DNA of 64,000 nucleotides. Origin: Marsupella aquatica. Its lineage: Eukaryota > Plantae > Marchantiophyta. Made by a program: the position numbers and the translations under genes. The notes below the pieces were generated by a model. It was not told the DNA's origin. It saw nothing but the letters and a program-made list of their open reading frames with translations, and did not search any database. Where the stretch lies: positions 5,230,510-5,294,509 of the forward strand of contig OZ316892.1 in NCBI GenBank assembly GCA_973895155.1, written 5' to 3'. Shown piece by piece: positions 11,560 through 24,319 of the stretch (positions are counted from its first letter, which is position 1; every line of letters begins with the position of its first letter).

Positions 11560-13858
11560 ATGATCGGTAGGACAGGGTCAAGAATGCAGCGTTTGCAGAT
11601 ACACGATCTCAAACCAGGGCTCAACAAAGTACTACTCGCTATGGGTTTAATTACTGCGGAGCTGCTTGGTTTTCGGATCAGGCCCATCGATTGTCACCCA
11701 GCAACGACTGCAGCTGATAATCCACTTCCTGCTTGGGCTCTTACAAATTGGACCGACTCGCATGCCACATTCTATGGAGCACCCAATGCAGAAGGAACGA
11801 TGGGTAGGGACTTTAATGCCGCTTCACAATTCTACCTGTGTCTGTGTGATGTATGTTGCTCTCTGTTCTCGATCTTCTAAGCCCAGAATAATTATAATGT
11901 TCATCTAGCGAACTAATCAAAACAGCTTTTAACAAACAGAATCTCATTCGCTCATTTCCCCAGTGATTGAGATTAATTGATGAATCTTTTGGGGGACACA
12001 AACACAGATAGACAATGCGCTCAATTGCACAACCTACTTCAGATTCTGCATTTCCTTGCTCTGGACTGTTGAGGTGATGATCCAAAATCTATTGAGATCA
12101 TCAGCACGACTCAATTTTAGAAGTCTATGTTCATATTTCTCGAGTTTCAAGGTAAACTTGTGAATTCTCATATCAGCACCACTCTCGTGTGATTTCCTTG
12201 AGAAACTCACTGAAGTGTAAACTTTCATGAAATCATCAGCACAACTCATTTCTAAAAGTATCTGTTCATGTCTTTCTGAACTCTAGCGAATGCCTTGAAA
12301 GTTGAGGTGAAGTGTAAGATTTTATGAAATAATTAGCACAACTCAAGTTTAGAGCTATATTCTCATATCTCTCTTCACTCTCTAATCGTTTCCTTGAGAG
12401 GGGAGGGAGGTCCAAGGACATTGACGCAACATAATATTGCAGAGCGTTAGAAATTCTGCTGGTGGAACATGAATTGTATATGAAAAGGTACCAATTCCTA
12501 AGCTCTGGGGAGTTCTGCTTCTGAAACAGTTGCCATGATTCTGAACATCAATTAATTTTGAGCACTTCGAATTTTGCTGTCGTTGCCATTAGGTGGTGCT
12601 TGCGGGTACGGGAACACATATTATCTAGGCTATGGCATCAGCACTGCTGCTCTCAGTGATACCCTCTTCAACAATGGGCTGACCTGCGGCGCCTGTTTCG
12701 AGCTCAAGTGCAAACGGGACACCGAGCGTGAGTCAAAGTGGTGCTACGAAGACACCGAGTCCATAATCATCACTGCGACAAACAGCTGTCCTCCGAATTG
12801 GGACAGACCGACAGACAATGGAGGATGGTGCAATCCCCCTCGAACGCATTTCGACTTGTCGTTCCCAATCTTCATGCGCCTCGCCGTCCCAGTGGCTGGA
12901 ATTGTGGAAGTTTCATACCGCAGGTTTGAGGCTTGACAACCCTTTCATGTCCGTTTCTCAACTTGATTTCAAGCCAGAAAACACATATGATAATCACAAC
13001 CAAAACAAAAGGAATAAGACTGAAGTAGAAGAAAATCCAGTCGAATCGTATGAAACCGAAGAAAATTCACCCGAATCATATGAAATCGAAGAGTGCTGGA
13101 TTCTAGAAAGGAGCTACAACCATCACGAAATTGCATTCACGGCTGTCATTTCAAAAGTCATCGTGATTGGTCGTCCTGGGAGCATGAGGAGCTGCTGATT
13201 GAGTACATTCCTCGTTCACTGCTTCTCTTTTCCCCACTCAAGTACGAGGTGGGTTCTCAATTGGGACTGGTAGTATTACCAAATCATGGAGACAACAACA
13301 AAGAGATGCACCAAGGGAACCCCTCTTTTGGCACATAATATTGGATAACAAAACGTACATCGTGCTTGGTTGATTTTGAGTTGATGCTTGTGCTCAATTA
13401 AAATGGAGGGTGTTGGATATTTGTGTTCGCCGATTGAGCTCTTGATCATTCATGTCAGTAAGGTAATAATTTATGTTTCGATGTCGAAAGTTGAAACAGT
13501 ATCTTGGATTTAAGGATTAACCAAAGAAAGCATCGCCGTGGTGTACAGAGTGCCCTGTTCTCGGCGGGGAGGAGTTCGTTTCACGATCATGGGCAACCGG
13601 TGGGCCAGTCTGGTGCTTGTTCACAACGTCGGTGACGCAGGGGCTGTGAAGTCGTTGGAGATCAAAGGGTCACCCACAGAATCATGGCTCCCAATGACCC
13701 AGAACTGGGGCCAGATCTGGGAGGTGAGAAAGGAACTGTTCAACCAGTCGCTCTCTTTCCGAGTCACTATAAGCAACGAAAAAACTATGGAAGCCTGTGA
13801 CGTCGTACCCCAAAACTGGCAGTTCGGTCAAACCTTCGAAACCATCACCAACTTCTGA
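11560..13858 (+). CDS. EXPA: alpha-expansin; exons about 11560-11803, 12593-12923, 13549-13858
   Basis: HATFYG...GTMG|[45 protein letters not shown]|VPC, NWGQIW, WQFGQTF. GT-AG introns at the conserved EXPA positions with matching phases (1 and 2). The start codon (11560 or slightly downstream) is uncertain. Confidence 0.96.
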
Positions 13859-14766
13859 AACACGTGTCTGCTATCAACCCTTGCAGGCTTGCACACTGTA
13901 CGCTTTTGATTGTGTGTCTCTCTTTTCCCACTCTGCAGTAAAACATTCGAGTCTTCGTCATGAAGTCTGTGTATTGCCCTGAACAGCAGAAGCTCAGAGG
14001 CTAAATTTCCAGAGTTTCTTAGGTGTTGGAGCAGCCACTTGTATTCAGACTACAGTCGTAAACATAAATGCCTGGCTTGTTGTACCCTAGAGATTTCCGC
14101 CACATAAAGTTTTCAACTTATCCGAAAGGTACGATTCATTGATTATTCATCCCTATCGATGAGAAACTCAAGAAAGACTACAATACTACAGTATAAAATT
14201 GTAGTATTGGACACGGTCTTGTCGACAGAAGTCAACAACTTACGAATGTCGGTTTCCTAATCGAGACCACCCTTTGTTCCAGAGAATTCACAGTCTTCCA
14301 GCTTCGGCACGTTGATGTCAGCATCATCAGAGCTTGAGGACATCACTGGCTGGAAATCTCCACACACAGTACAATAATGGATGTACTACACTTGACGGTT
14401 CCTGGTCGATCGAGACTCAGTGGCTCACTCCTTTTGTGAAGCCTTTAACACGTGTGTGGTTACCTTCTTCGAAAATATGATGGAGAAGTATGTTTAAAGT
14501 TCTCAGTACTGTAGTGGTTCCAAGGATAATACAATGAATGAGCCTTTTTCCTTTTGCCTCGAAAATTTTGAGCAGTTCATTTCAAGAAACAGCTTACAGC
14601 AGTGATTCTCCCTTCTTATATATCTTTGGGTGTTTGCCACTTGAGGTTTAGCAGACGAATCCCACCTGATGAGGAACTGAAGTTATAGTGAGCCTGGCCA
14701 GGCTCTTTAAAAAAGTCAAGTCACAGCTCTGGATGTCGTTCACTGAATGCCATGAATTCCCACCTC

Positions 14767-14966
14767 GGACTTGAATTCGTCCCTGGCCTTGACTCGAAAC
14801 CCCTCTTCAATTCATTTTATCCAGAAGCAGTTGATGATAGTTCTGCTGCTCCGACATGTGGAGATTTGGACTTGAATTCATCCCTGGCCTTAATTTGAAA
14901 ACCCCTCTTCAAATCATTTTATCCAAAAGCAGGTGATACCAGTTCTGCTGCTCCGACAAGTGGAGA
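14767..14966. repeat. tandem duplication, about 100 bp x2
   Basis: GGACTTGAATTC...GTTCTGCTGCTCCGACA.GTGGAGA occurs at 14767 and 14868. Confidence 0.85.
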
Positions 14967-15814
14967 CTTATTACAGGATTATCCTGCAACTGACTCGATT
15001 TGCTAAGGCCGGAATATAGAGGTGTATACGAATCCACCTGTGTTCGAGCTACAGGGTAACCGTAAATTTATGGCTTGCTGTTCCGGTAAGTATTTTGCCA
15101 CTTGAGAGAGCATGTCGAAAGAGTGCAAATCGGAGCCCATGAGGAAGTGAAGAGTTTGATGAGCCGTGCATGCCTAATGATCTGTCCTGGAGGCAAACCA
15201 CTTCAGAGGCAATTTGGTGAACGACATTCTACTAATCGACAACATCTTCGTACCTCCAAACAAAAGTCAGTCAGTTTCCCTTCAATCATTTTTCTAAAAA
15301 GCAGATCTTTGCTTATTGCTCTGAATAGTAGACTCTAAGCAAGTAAACAGCGTGCTTCTCCAATTGAGCTTCGTCGGCGTTGGCGAAGCCACATGTGTTC
15401 AAGCCACAGCAATCCTCATTTTCTAGCTGACTGTTTTCTTCGTTGAATATGCCGCCACGTGAGAGCTTTCATATCCAAAGATCACGAACCCCAAGAAGAT
15501 GAAGAAGAGTAATCAGAGCCATGCATAGCATAATAGCTATAGGTCAAGAAAAGTTTGGTGAACGTCTCCTCTCCTGATTTCAAACCCAAACAGAAATCGC
15601 ACTTTCTCTCTTCCAAATTCCGACACGTTTTGTCAGCATCATTACCAAATGGGCACGAACAGATACGAATGTTGTAAAGATGAACAGGCAAGGCCCTGCT
15701 GAATTGAGATCCCCAGGCCAAAGCGATCACCGCCTCCCTCTCGTGCAGAGCACCCTGTAGAGACCCTCTCATACGTTCGTTACCAACTTCCAGACGAAAG
15801 GGCATTTGATGTTC

Positions 15815-16510
15815 ATTTCACCCTATTACAGTACGTGACTGCACTGTTCAATGATTCAAGCAACGCGCGCACACGAATGCTTCTCTCACTATGCAAGAGG
15901 CCCACGGCAAATGTTACCCTGCGCAAGGGATTCGAAGTGACTTCAAATGACAAATTTAAATGTAGACCAAAGCGACCAGCTGGAGCAGGGCACTATGCAG
16001 TTTGTTCCCCGCAACTTTCATGCAGTGAGAGACTCCAACGCTTTCTCAGTCACCAACTTCAAAAGAACGGCTGCAATCCACCCTAAACTACATTACCTGA
16101 CGGCATCGCCAACGATTTCCGCATGCACACGAATGCCTCTCACAATGCACAAGGCCCAAGGCCTTCTTTCCCAGGCAGTGGGATTCATGGAAACTCCAAA
16201 CGACAGATTGAGGATTCAATGGAGTCGCTCAACAGCTCGCTTAGGGTACTACACAGTTCGGTCTAAGCAGCTTGCATACAGAATTGCAGAGAAAAGTATT
16301 CGCCACATTTTCCTTACTGGCCTCCTTCCAAAGAACGGCTGACCTTATTTCACCCTAAACTAATCTACAGTACTCCCTCACGTCCTCAGTGCTTTGCTCA
16401 ACGATTTGCGCATGCACACGAATGCCTCTCACAGGCCATGAGGCCCACGGCAGCACCTACGGCCTGAGCCAGGGAATTAATAGCGATTCAAAGAAACTCC
16501 AAACGACGGA
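15815..16510. repeat. degenerate tandem repeat, about 265-bp period x3
   Basis: CACCCTA...GCACACGAATGC(C/T)TCTC...AGGCCCA recurs near 15820, 16080 and 16350. Confidence 0.7.
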
Positions 16511-17189
16511 TTCAATCGTGTGAAAGGTATCGAAAAGCTCCGAGTACGGCTCTGTCTGTGTTCAATTCATTCATATGCTACGACTGCACAGAAAGTTGAC
16601 ACCCTTAACTGAACACTGAATCTCCTGACGAACAAACCAAGTACCAGCTACAGTAGTATTTTCGTGAGCCCTGAATCCCTGATGGACAAATGAGGTACCG
16701 GCTACAGTAGTACGTTCGTGAGAATGATGTCCATGAGCTCAGCGGGTTTGCTAGAAATGAGAGAGAGCGAGAGACCGCACGGATTCGCCATTTCCCCACG
16801 ATCAGATTTTGAAGGTACCGCATTCCATTACGGGAGCTGCAAACATAATAATGCAAACCTCACTTCCATGACTGACTCTCACCACTAGCAACTACAGTAT
16901 GACTGTAGAGAGCGGTGCTGCGGCATCATTCTCCCAAGATGTGGGGATTTCTTCCTGCCTTCCTGAAGAAGCGACGACCATGACAGACACGGCAATCCAC
17001 GTTCATCATGGCGAACGTGGTAGAGGGCATTGTCTGATTGTCGAGCTTCAGCTTCCATCTCTCGTACCCAAGTGAACTGAGTACAGTGAGTGACGGCTCC
17101 ATAACTCCAAACGGCTCGTGTGTCGACGTTTCTTGCACTGATCAAGGATTGGGGCCTTCAATGCGGTACTCGCAACAATTGTTCATAAT

Positions 17190-19210
17190 TCGAAGGTTCA
17201 AGGGTCGAGATTTCTTACATGAATCGAGTTTTTGATTTTGCACCCTGTGGATATCTGTGTCATAAATCAAGGGCTCGGGTGTCGAGATTTCTTACGTTTT
17301 TTGAGTATTCGAGTTACTGTTTCAATACTGTCTTTCAAGAAAGGGTCATCATTCTAGGGCTCGAGTGTCTGAGATTTCTTACACTAATCAAGTTTTCAAT
17401 ACTTGCTAGAATTGATCAAGATTCAAAATAACACATATACAATATATCACTCCATACTATGATAGATCATCTCGTTATTTTCTTTGAATCAATGAATGCA
17501 CATTGTCTATTATCACATATTTATTTCATGTATGATTAGGGACATGGAGATATTTTGATGTCTGATTACAGACAGGGAGATTAAAGGGCTGAGTGTCTGA
17601 GATTTCCTACGCTAATCAAGTGTTGCAATAATACTTTCAAATACTTGCAAGAAGTGTTCAGGGTTCAAGGGGCCCAGTGTTTGAGATTTCTTACAATCAT
17701 CAAGTATCACAATTACCGTTTCAATACTTGCAAGAAGTGGTCATAACTCAAAGGCTCAGTATCTGAGATTGCTTACACTAATCAAGTAGTGCAATGATAC
17801 TTTCAATACTTGCAAGAAGTGTTCACGATTCAAGGGCTTGTGTGTCCGGGACTTCTTCCAGTGATCAAGTATTGCAGTAATGCTTTCTATGCTTACAAGA
17901 AGGGGTCATAATTCAAGGGCTCGAGTGTCTAAGATTTGTTAGACTGATCAAGTATTACAATGACCGTTTCAATCTTGCAAGTAGGGGTCATGATTCAAGG
18001 GCTCTAGTGGCTGAGATTTCTTACACTAATCCAGTATTGCAATAATACTTTCAATACTTGGAAGAAGCGTTCAAGATTCAAGGTTGGTTCTGAAGACTGG
18101 GATGGACACATATAAACCATAGTGTACAGAATGGGAGCAAAGTACTCGGGACATTTTGTCAATAGTGTGACGGGAGTATAGTTTAGTGTTTGGTCAATCA
18201 GGGTTTTGCAATTCCATCCCAGAACCATGTCAAACCTCTGTATCTATCTGGGATTTTCATTACTCAAGATTTCTTACACTGATAAAAAAACTGTACCCCT
18301 AAAGTCAGGCTTGGCCACTGTGGCTTGGTTTCCCATTTCTTCCTCCTAAAAGAAGTAAAAACAAAATGTATTGCATTCTTCCATACTTGCAAGAAGTGTT
18401 CAGTTTTAAGGGCTGGAGAGTCCATATTTCTTACACTTTATTCAAGTATTGCACCCTTCAATACTTGCAAAAAGTGAGTTCAAAATTGAAGGGCTTGAGT
18501 GCTCATATTTCTTACTTCTTCCACTCCAATCAAGAGCTGCACCCTTCATTAGTTGCAAAAAGTGTGCTCTAAATTCAATGCAACAGTAACTAATTCTACC
18601 GTACAAAGGTACAAGTTTGAATGCATATTCTTGCACTAAAACGCTATTGATATTCCATACTTGTTGCGTTCAAAAATTCAAGGGCTCGAGTGTCGAGATT
18701 TATTACAATCTAAGCAATTATGCTACCCTTCATTACTTGGAAGAAGTGTGTTCTTTAATTAATGTAGGAGTAGCTAATGCTACTGTATCTATGCGCAAGT
18801 TTAAATGCATATCTTTGCACTAATCAAATGCTAGAGATATGAGACCCGGGTGATATGAGCCAGGTTCATTAGTTAGAGATATGTCCAGTTTGAGTGCACG
18901 TTCTTGCACTAATCAATACTAGATATGAGCCAAATTTATGATTAGAGATATGTCAAGTTTCAATGCATATTCTTGCAATAATCAAGTGCACGAGATATGA
19001 GCCAAGTTTATTCGTTAGAGGTTTGCAGTTTAAATGCATTAGTCACGACAGTGTTGAACGGATACTTGCAAGAAAAGGCTCAAAAACCAATGTAGTAGTA
19101 ACTAATGCTACTATACAAATGTGCGTAAGGGTATGTGCTGGGTATGAGCCAACTTTATTAGGTACAGATATGTCAAATTTAAATTGCTTATTCTTGCACT
19201 AAAAGCACTA
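17190..19210. repeat. degenerate satellite-like array (about 83-bp unit, grading into a related about 70-bp unit)
   Basis: TTCAAGGGCTCGAGTGTCTGAGATTTCTTACACTAATCAAGTATTGCAAT...TTCAATACTTGCAAGAAG repeats with about 82-84 bp spacing at 17580-18080. ATATGAGCC...TTCTTGCACTAATCAA units occupy 18780-19200. Confidence 0.8.
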
Positions 19211-19643
19211 TTGACTCTTGCAAAAAGTGTACGTAAGAGCACGTAATGCTAGCTTAGAAGTGCAAGCAGGGATATGTGCAAGTTTGAAGGCCTGTAATTC
19301 AAAATTTGGCAGATAATCTAATAATTGGGAAGGGAGGTTTAAACTTGACAAATCTTTCTTGGAATGGAAAAAATATGTTCTGTGAAAATAATGCTCGGAT
19401 GGACCACAATGTGTAACTATGCAGCCCCGATGAACCTAGCAACTTTTGAGGGCCAACAGTGTGACCAGTTATACAACCAAAATAAACTATTTGAATTCAA
19501 AACAATGTTTGAAAACGTTCCAATCAGGGTTGCAATAGTCCATCAATATGCTTTACAAATTCTTCAAAATAACGTTGAGCTGCAACTTTGGAGCCCCAAT
19601 AGTGGTGTGACCAGTGATACAAATACATTGTGCAAATTCAAAA

Positions 19644-19980
19644 GAGGGTTATGCTCAATAGACCCCCTCCAGGAGAAACTTTACTTGATCAGCCCCCTCC
19701 AAACTTTTTTGCCCCAATCAGCGCCCTCATTATGGCCCGTACCCTTTGCTCCCGTGTAAGGCAGTTTCCCCCGTGTAAAGGCCTTACTGCACAGTTGGGA
19801 GCCATGTCACCACGCAGGGTTGCCTCCCGTAGTCGACCACGCGACTCCGCTGCATTCGGGCCGCAACTACGCGGTTTTCCCCCCCTCGCACTATGGTCCC
19901 TTATGAGCGTGAATACATCGTGGTTTATGTCTTCAACAAAATTTCTGTTTAGGGCGCACATTGTCGGGGCGCACATTGTC
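19644..19980 (+). repeat. MULE left TIR
   Basis: Reverse complement of 41420-41755 with about 7 differences by manual comparison. Confidence 0.96.
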
Positions 19981-22320
19981 AACCGCGACCGTCATTTGTC
20001 GAGGGTGGGATCGATAGTTCTTCGTTGTTTTACGGAGGGGACTGCGTCTTTGTGGTTCATGGAGGTGAGGCGTCGTTTGCTGCTGGCGGCTGGCGATTCT
20101 GGGGAGGTTCATTGATCGATGCGAAAGGAGAGCGCGAGGTCTGAGTCTCGGCCCACTGCTAGGATCGAGTAGCGTTCATTCACCCCATTCTGCGAGATTT
20201 CTTTCACATTGTAGCGCCTGCCTAATTGTTGGTGGGTTTTGGATTGGTGAGAGTGTCTCCCTTTGTTGTTCTTCACTAAGGTATGGAGGATTGTCCGCCC
20301 GCCAATGTAGCCCAAGAAACTGTTTAATCATGCATATCATAATCTCTCTTGCATTATCTTCGCCTTCTCGTCGTAAGTTCTTCTGCATTGTTCAGATTTG
20401 CATTAGATTAGTTCAGATCATTTGCAGAGTCTCCTTGTTCTTGTGCGTTTTTGTCACCATGAAATCCATGTACTCCGGTTCTGCTGCATAGTTGCCTGCG
20501 AGCTTTAGGCAAAGTGGACTTCACGACAGAGATTAATCTCCATCCCACTTGAACCCGCCTGTATTTGTTTCTTGGTCGAAGCATTAGGTTGATTTCAGCT
20601 CTTTTTGCCTAAGTATGAGTTATGCTGCCCTGTTTGAATACCAAGACATCTGTGTGTTCTAGTTTTGCTTATATCTGAACCTGTTCTCTTCTTGGTTTGG
20701 TCCAGCTATCATGAGAATCGCCTCTTCTTGTGTTCTTGTTGCAAACATTGATGGGCTGTTTTGTTTTCGTGAGAGTATCTTCCTTTGTGCTTCTTCCAAA
20801 GGAGATTGTCCGTCAATGTCGCCCAACATACTGTTTCCTGCCTTTTTTGCATCATGTCGATGCGCAGAATACCATTACCTGAATGTCTCTTGCATTCTGC
20901 AATTTTTTAGCCTTAGCACCATCACATCCATGTCTTTCGGTTCTGGCACTGTATAGTTTCAATATTACGTGGATAATAGTGCAGGGACTGTTTCCATATG
21001 GCAGTTGAATCCTATCCATTAACGAGTGCAAAGCAGTACAGGACAAAGGTCAAGGTCATAGGCTGGAGAGGTTGGGTTTGATTTTGAGCCCAACCAAGGT
21101 TCAAGCTCAGTTTCCATGGCACCACGAATGAGAAAAATTCAGGTAGCAGAGGAAGAGAATCACTTCTGACATCGTGTTGATGGTGAAGGCAAGCATATGT
21201 TTGTCTGCATAGCTGGTGCTCACAAGCCTCGGTCATTCTCTTCCTTTGCTGGTTTCCAAACCCACATGGACGTCACACACAAATTGGAGTTACCACCTGC
21301 ATTATTGGAGGCGGGCCAACCTTGGTTGTATTCAAAATCCATCTTCTCCACTCGGATTGCCAAGAAACATAAGGGCCATGGGCCAAATGCAAGGAAGGAC
21401 AACAATGAGGCCTCTTGGAACCGACTTCGATCTACTATGCGACTTCGATGGAGACAGACAAAGTTGCGAAAAAAGACAATGCTAAAGAAGAAGTATGGTG
21501 TTGTTGCAGATCAGCCGCTTGTTCCTACAAAATCATTGCTCATTCGTGTCATCAAGCAAGTGTACATACGTGGAGGGCAGCCGAATGGTTGGTCATCCTT
21601 GTTGGATGACAATGTGTATGAGATGTTGCAAGACTCTGTGTCAGCTGCTGCAATTACTCCTATTCTATGTCACTGGGTTGCTTCAATCCAAGAATTGCCG
21701 GTACTTCTACCTAGAGATCGCAAGTTGCAGGCACTTCAACTAGATTGTCGTGTTCTGCCATGCATTTTCCCCCGGCCGGATGTGGAGGTGCAACCTCTTG
21801 AGCTGATGCAGTTTGAAACTATTCGAGATGCTCTCATTTCAAATGCCTTGAATTACTTGGCTCAGAAAAGAGCGCTTTTACAGTGGAAGCATGGCCCCAA
21901 AGAAGTCAACTTTGAAGCTGCATACCAAGATTACATGGAGTGGAAAGAAGAGCAAAAGCCTGTCAGCATAGCCACAGCCACTAACAATTTGCTGCAGGAA
22001 TACAAAGGTCGGGGCATGACCACTGAAGCTGCACGAATAGAGGTATGACCTTCTTATTTTACTTCTTGCAATCTTTGCTTATTGTTTGTACATTCCATTC
22101 TCATCATATTGTCTGAACCATGTGCAGGCTGGACTAAATGAAGAGTGGGAGGACACGTCTGACGATAGCGATTATGAGCCTGGGCCTGAGAAGTGGGGTC
22201 TGTTGCTAAATGATGCTGATCAACAGCCAGATGAGGCAAACACAGTATCTGAACCTGTCCTCAGTACTTCGATCAGTTGAGGACCCGCCTCTTGTACAAG
22301 ATCCTATTGAGGTTCCTTCT

Positions 22321-22550
22321 CATGTTCAGGATGATGAAGACAATGATCATCAGAATCCTTCTCATGTTGAGGATTTAGACCATCTTATTGACCATCCTGT
22401 TCAGGATGATGAAGACAATAATCATCAGAATCCTTCTCATGTTGAGGATTTAGACCATCTTATTGACCATCCTGTTCATGATCCTATTCAGGACCCCATT
22501 GACCATCCTATTCAGGATCCCATTGACAATCCTATTCAGGATGTTCATGA
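22321..22550 (+). repeat. coding tandem repeats (75 bp x2 plus short 12/24-bp units)
   Basis: VQDDEDNxHQNPSHVEDLDHLIDHP occurs twice, followed by DPIQ/DPID units. Confidence 0.85.
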
Positions 22551-23358
22551 ACAAGGACTCAACTTTCACAACAGTGTCACTTGGTTTCAAGCCTCCAAAA
22601 TATTCTTTACGCCTATGGGGAGGGAGAGGACGGCGACCCCCTCCAGGTCAGTCTTTGTTTCTTTGCTTCAATTACTTTTGGAATTTCTTTGCAAATTGTG
22701 AATACATGAGCCTCATTGTATTCGGATGCTCCTTGTGTTCATTGCAGGAAGGAGTAGTATCAGAGACTATCTCGGAGTTCGTAGCACCACCAACCCCTAC
22801 ACCAAAGACTCTACTCCCAGACTTCATAGCGCCAGTCGCAGCAACAGCACCAGCCCCTGTACCGTGTAGATTAGTCTCAGAGTCCTTACCACCACTTGCA
22901 CCAGCACCACCAGCCATTGCACCACAAATTGTACTATTAGAGTCGGTACCAGTAGCAGCAGCACGACCACCACGACCAGCCCCTGCACCACACATTGTAA
23001 GTCTCTAAAGTGCAAACTTGGAAGTCATTCAATTGCAATCTAGTCTGAATACTTAAACCCCAATGTCTTTTCACTCCCCTAAGCATTCATTTCATATATT
23101 CTAGGGACAAAGACGAAGGGGAAGGGGTATACCACTGGAGTCCCCATCCCCAGTACAAAAAGCAGCACCATCCCCTCCAATTTCAACAAACCCTTTCCAG
23201 GTTTGCCTTTGTGTTTTTTGTAAAAACATATGTTTGCAATGCTTTGCAATGTCTGAATACAGCTGCCTCATTGTCTTTGCCGTGCACTGCATTTCTTCAT
23301 TCTAGAGATGGAGCGAAAGGGCAAGTGGAGGGGTTGTAGCAGTGGAATCACCAGCACC

Positions 23359-23855
23359 CACTACAACATATTTGACACTTTTGCGAAGGTATTTTTGTCG
23401 ACGCTCTTGTATTTCCGATGGGCGGCGCTTTGCATATTTTGCGAATCAACCCGCATCGCAATTTGCGATTCTATCCCTATCGCAAATATAATAGCTGAAG
23501 CGCATTATATCGCTAATAAATTGCGAAGTAAGTGGTTTTGCAATTTTTACCGAAATGCGTCGAATGGAAAGGCACCTTCCGAAGACGGAAAAATCGCTCG
23601 CCGACTCCGAAACTAACTCATGTAAATATTTGCGAAGAATATTGGATTGAAAATGTTTTGCGATAGTAGTTGTTTGACAAGTTTAAGAATGTCGGAGGAT
23701 GGAAGATTTGCGAAACGCTGAAAATATGAAATTTGTGATTGATTTTGCATCACAAGTTTGCGAAGAGTGTAGTATGGAAATATTGAGAAACGAGAAGCTT
23801 CATATAAATTGCGAGTCCGGTGAGAGTTTGTGAGCTTCGCAAATTGTTCGCAAAC
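23359..23855. repeat. CACTA left TIR and subterminal TTGCGA(A) repeats
   Basis: About a dozen TTGCGA/TCGCAA copies in both orientations. Confidence 0.88.
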
Positions 23856-24319
23856 TAAAAATTAAGGTTATTGTGAGGTGAGACAATGAAGAGGGTGGAT
23901 GGTCCAATATATGGATGGGGCAGGAGGGAAGAGGAAGGGAGGATGGAGGGAGGTACAATGAAGGATGGAAAAGGGAGGGAGTACAATGGAAGAGGAAGGA
24001 GGGAGGAGAAAGAGGAAGGGAGGAGGAGGGACAAACGTACCACGGAGGAGGGAAACACGAGGGTGAGAATGAAAATTATGGAATAAGTAGGAAATAAAGT
24101 TATATTGAGCAACAGAGGTTAGATAGAAAGTTGCATGTAAAATTCACAAGTGATCACAATAAAACAATACAATACATATGTCATGAGTATGACTCATTCA
24201 AAAGTGAATGGCAAATATAAATATAGACAATCCTTTTTTTTATATCACCAAACATGAACAAATCAAATATAACATGAACAAATGTCTAGGCTGGACCCAA
24301 GTGCATATAAATATGTCCC

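Noticed and set aside
12818-13198. ORF with EENPVESYE repeats
   Set aside because: It lies mostly in expansin intron 2 and is explained by a 30-bp microduplication.
15482-17145. Cys-containing minus-strand ORFs
   Set aside because: No family recognised; they may be decayed exons but cannot be supported.
19630-20115. ORFs mirrored at 41393-41744
   Set aside because: They are translations of the GC-rich MULE TIRs.
23886-24097. G/R/E-rich ORFs
   Set aside because: Low-complexity purine tract in the CACTA non-coding region.
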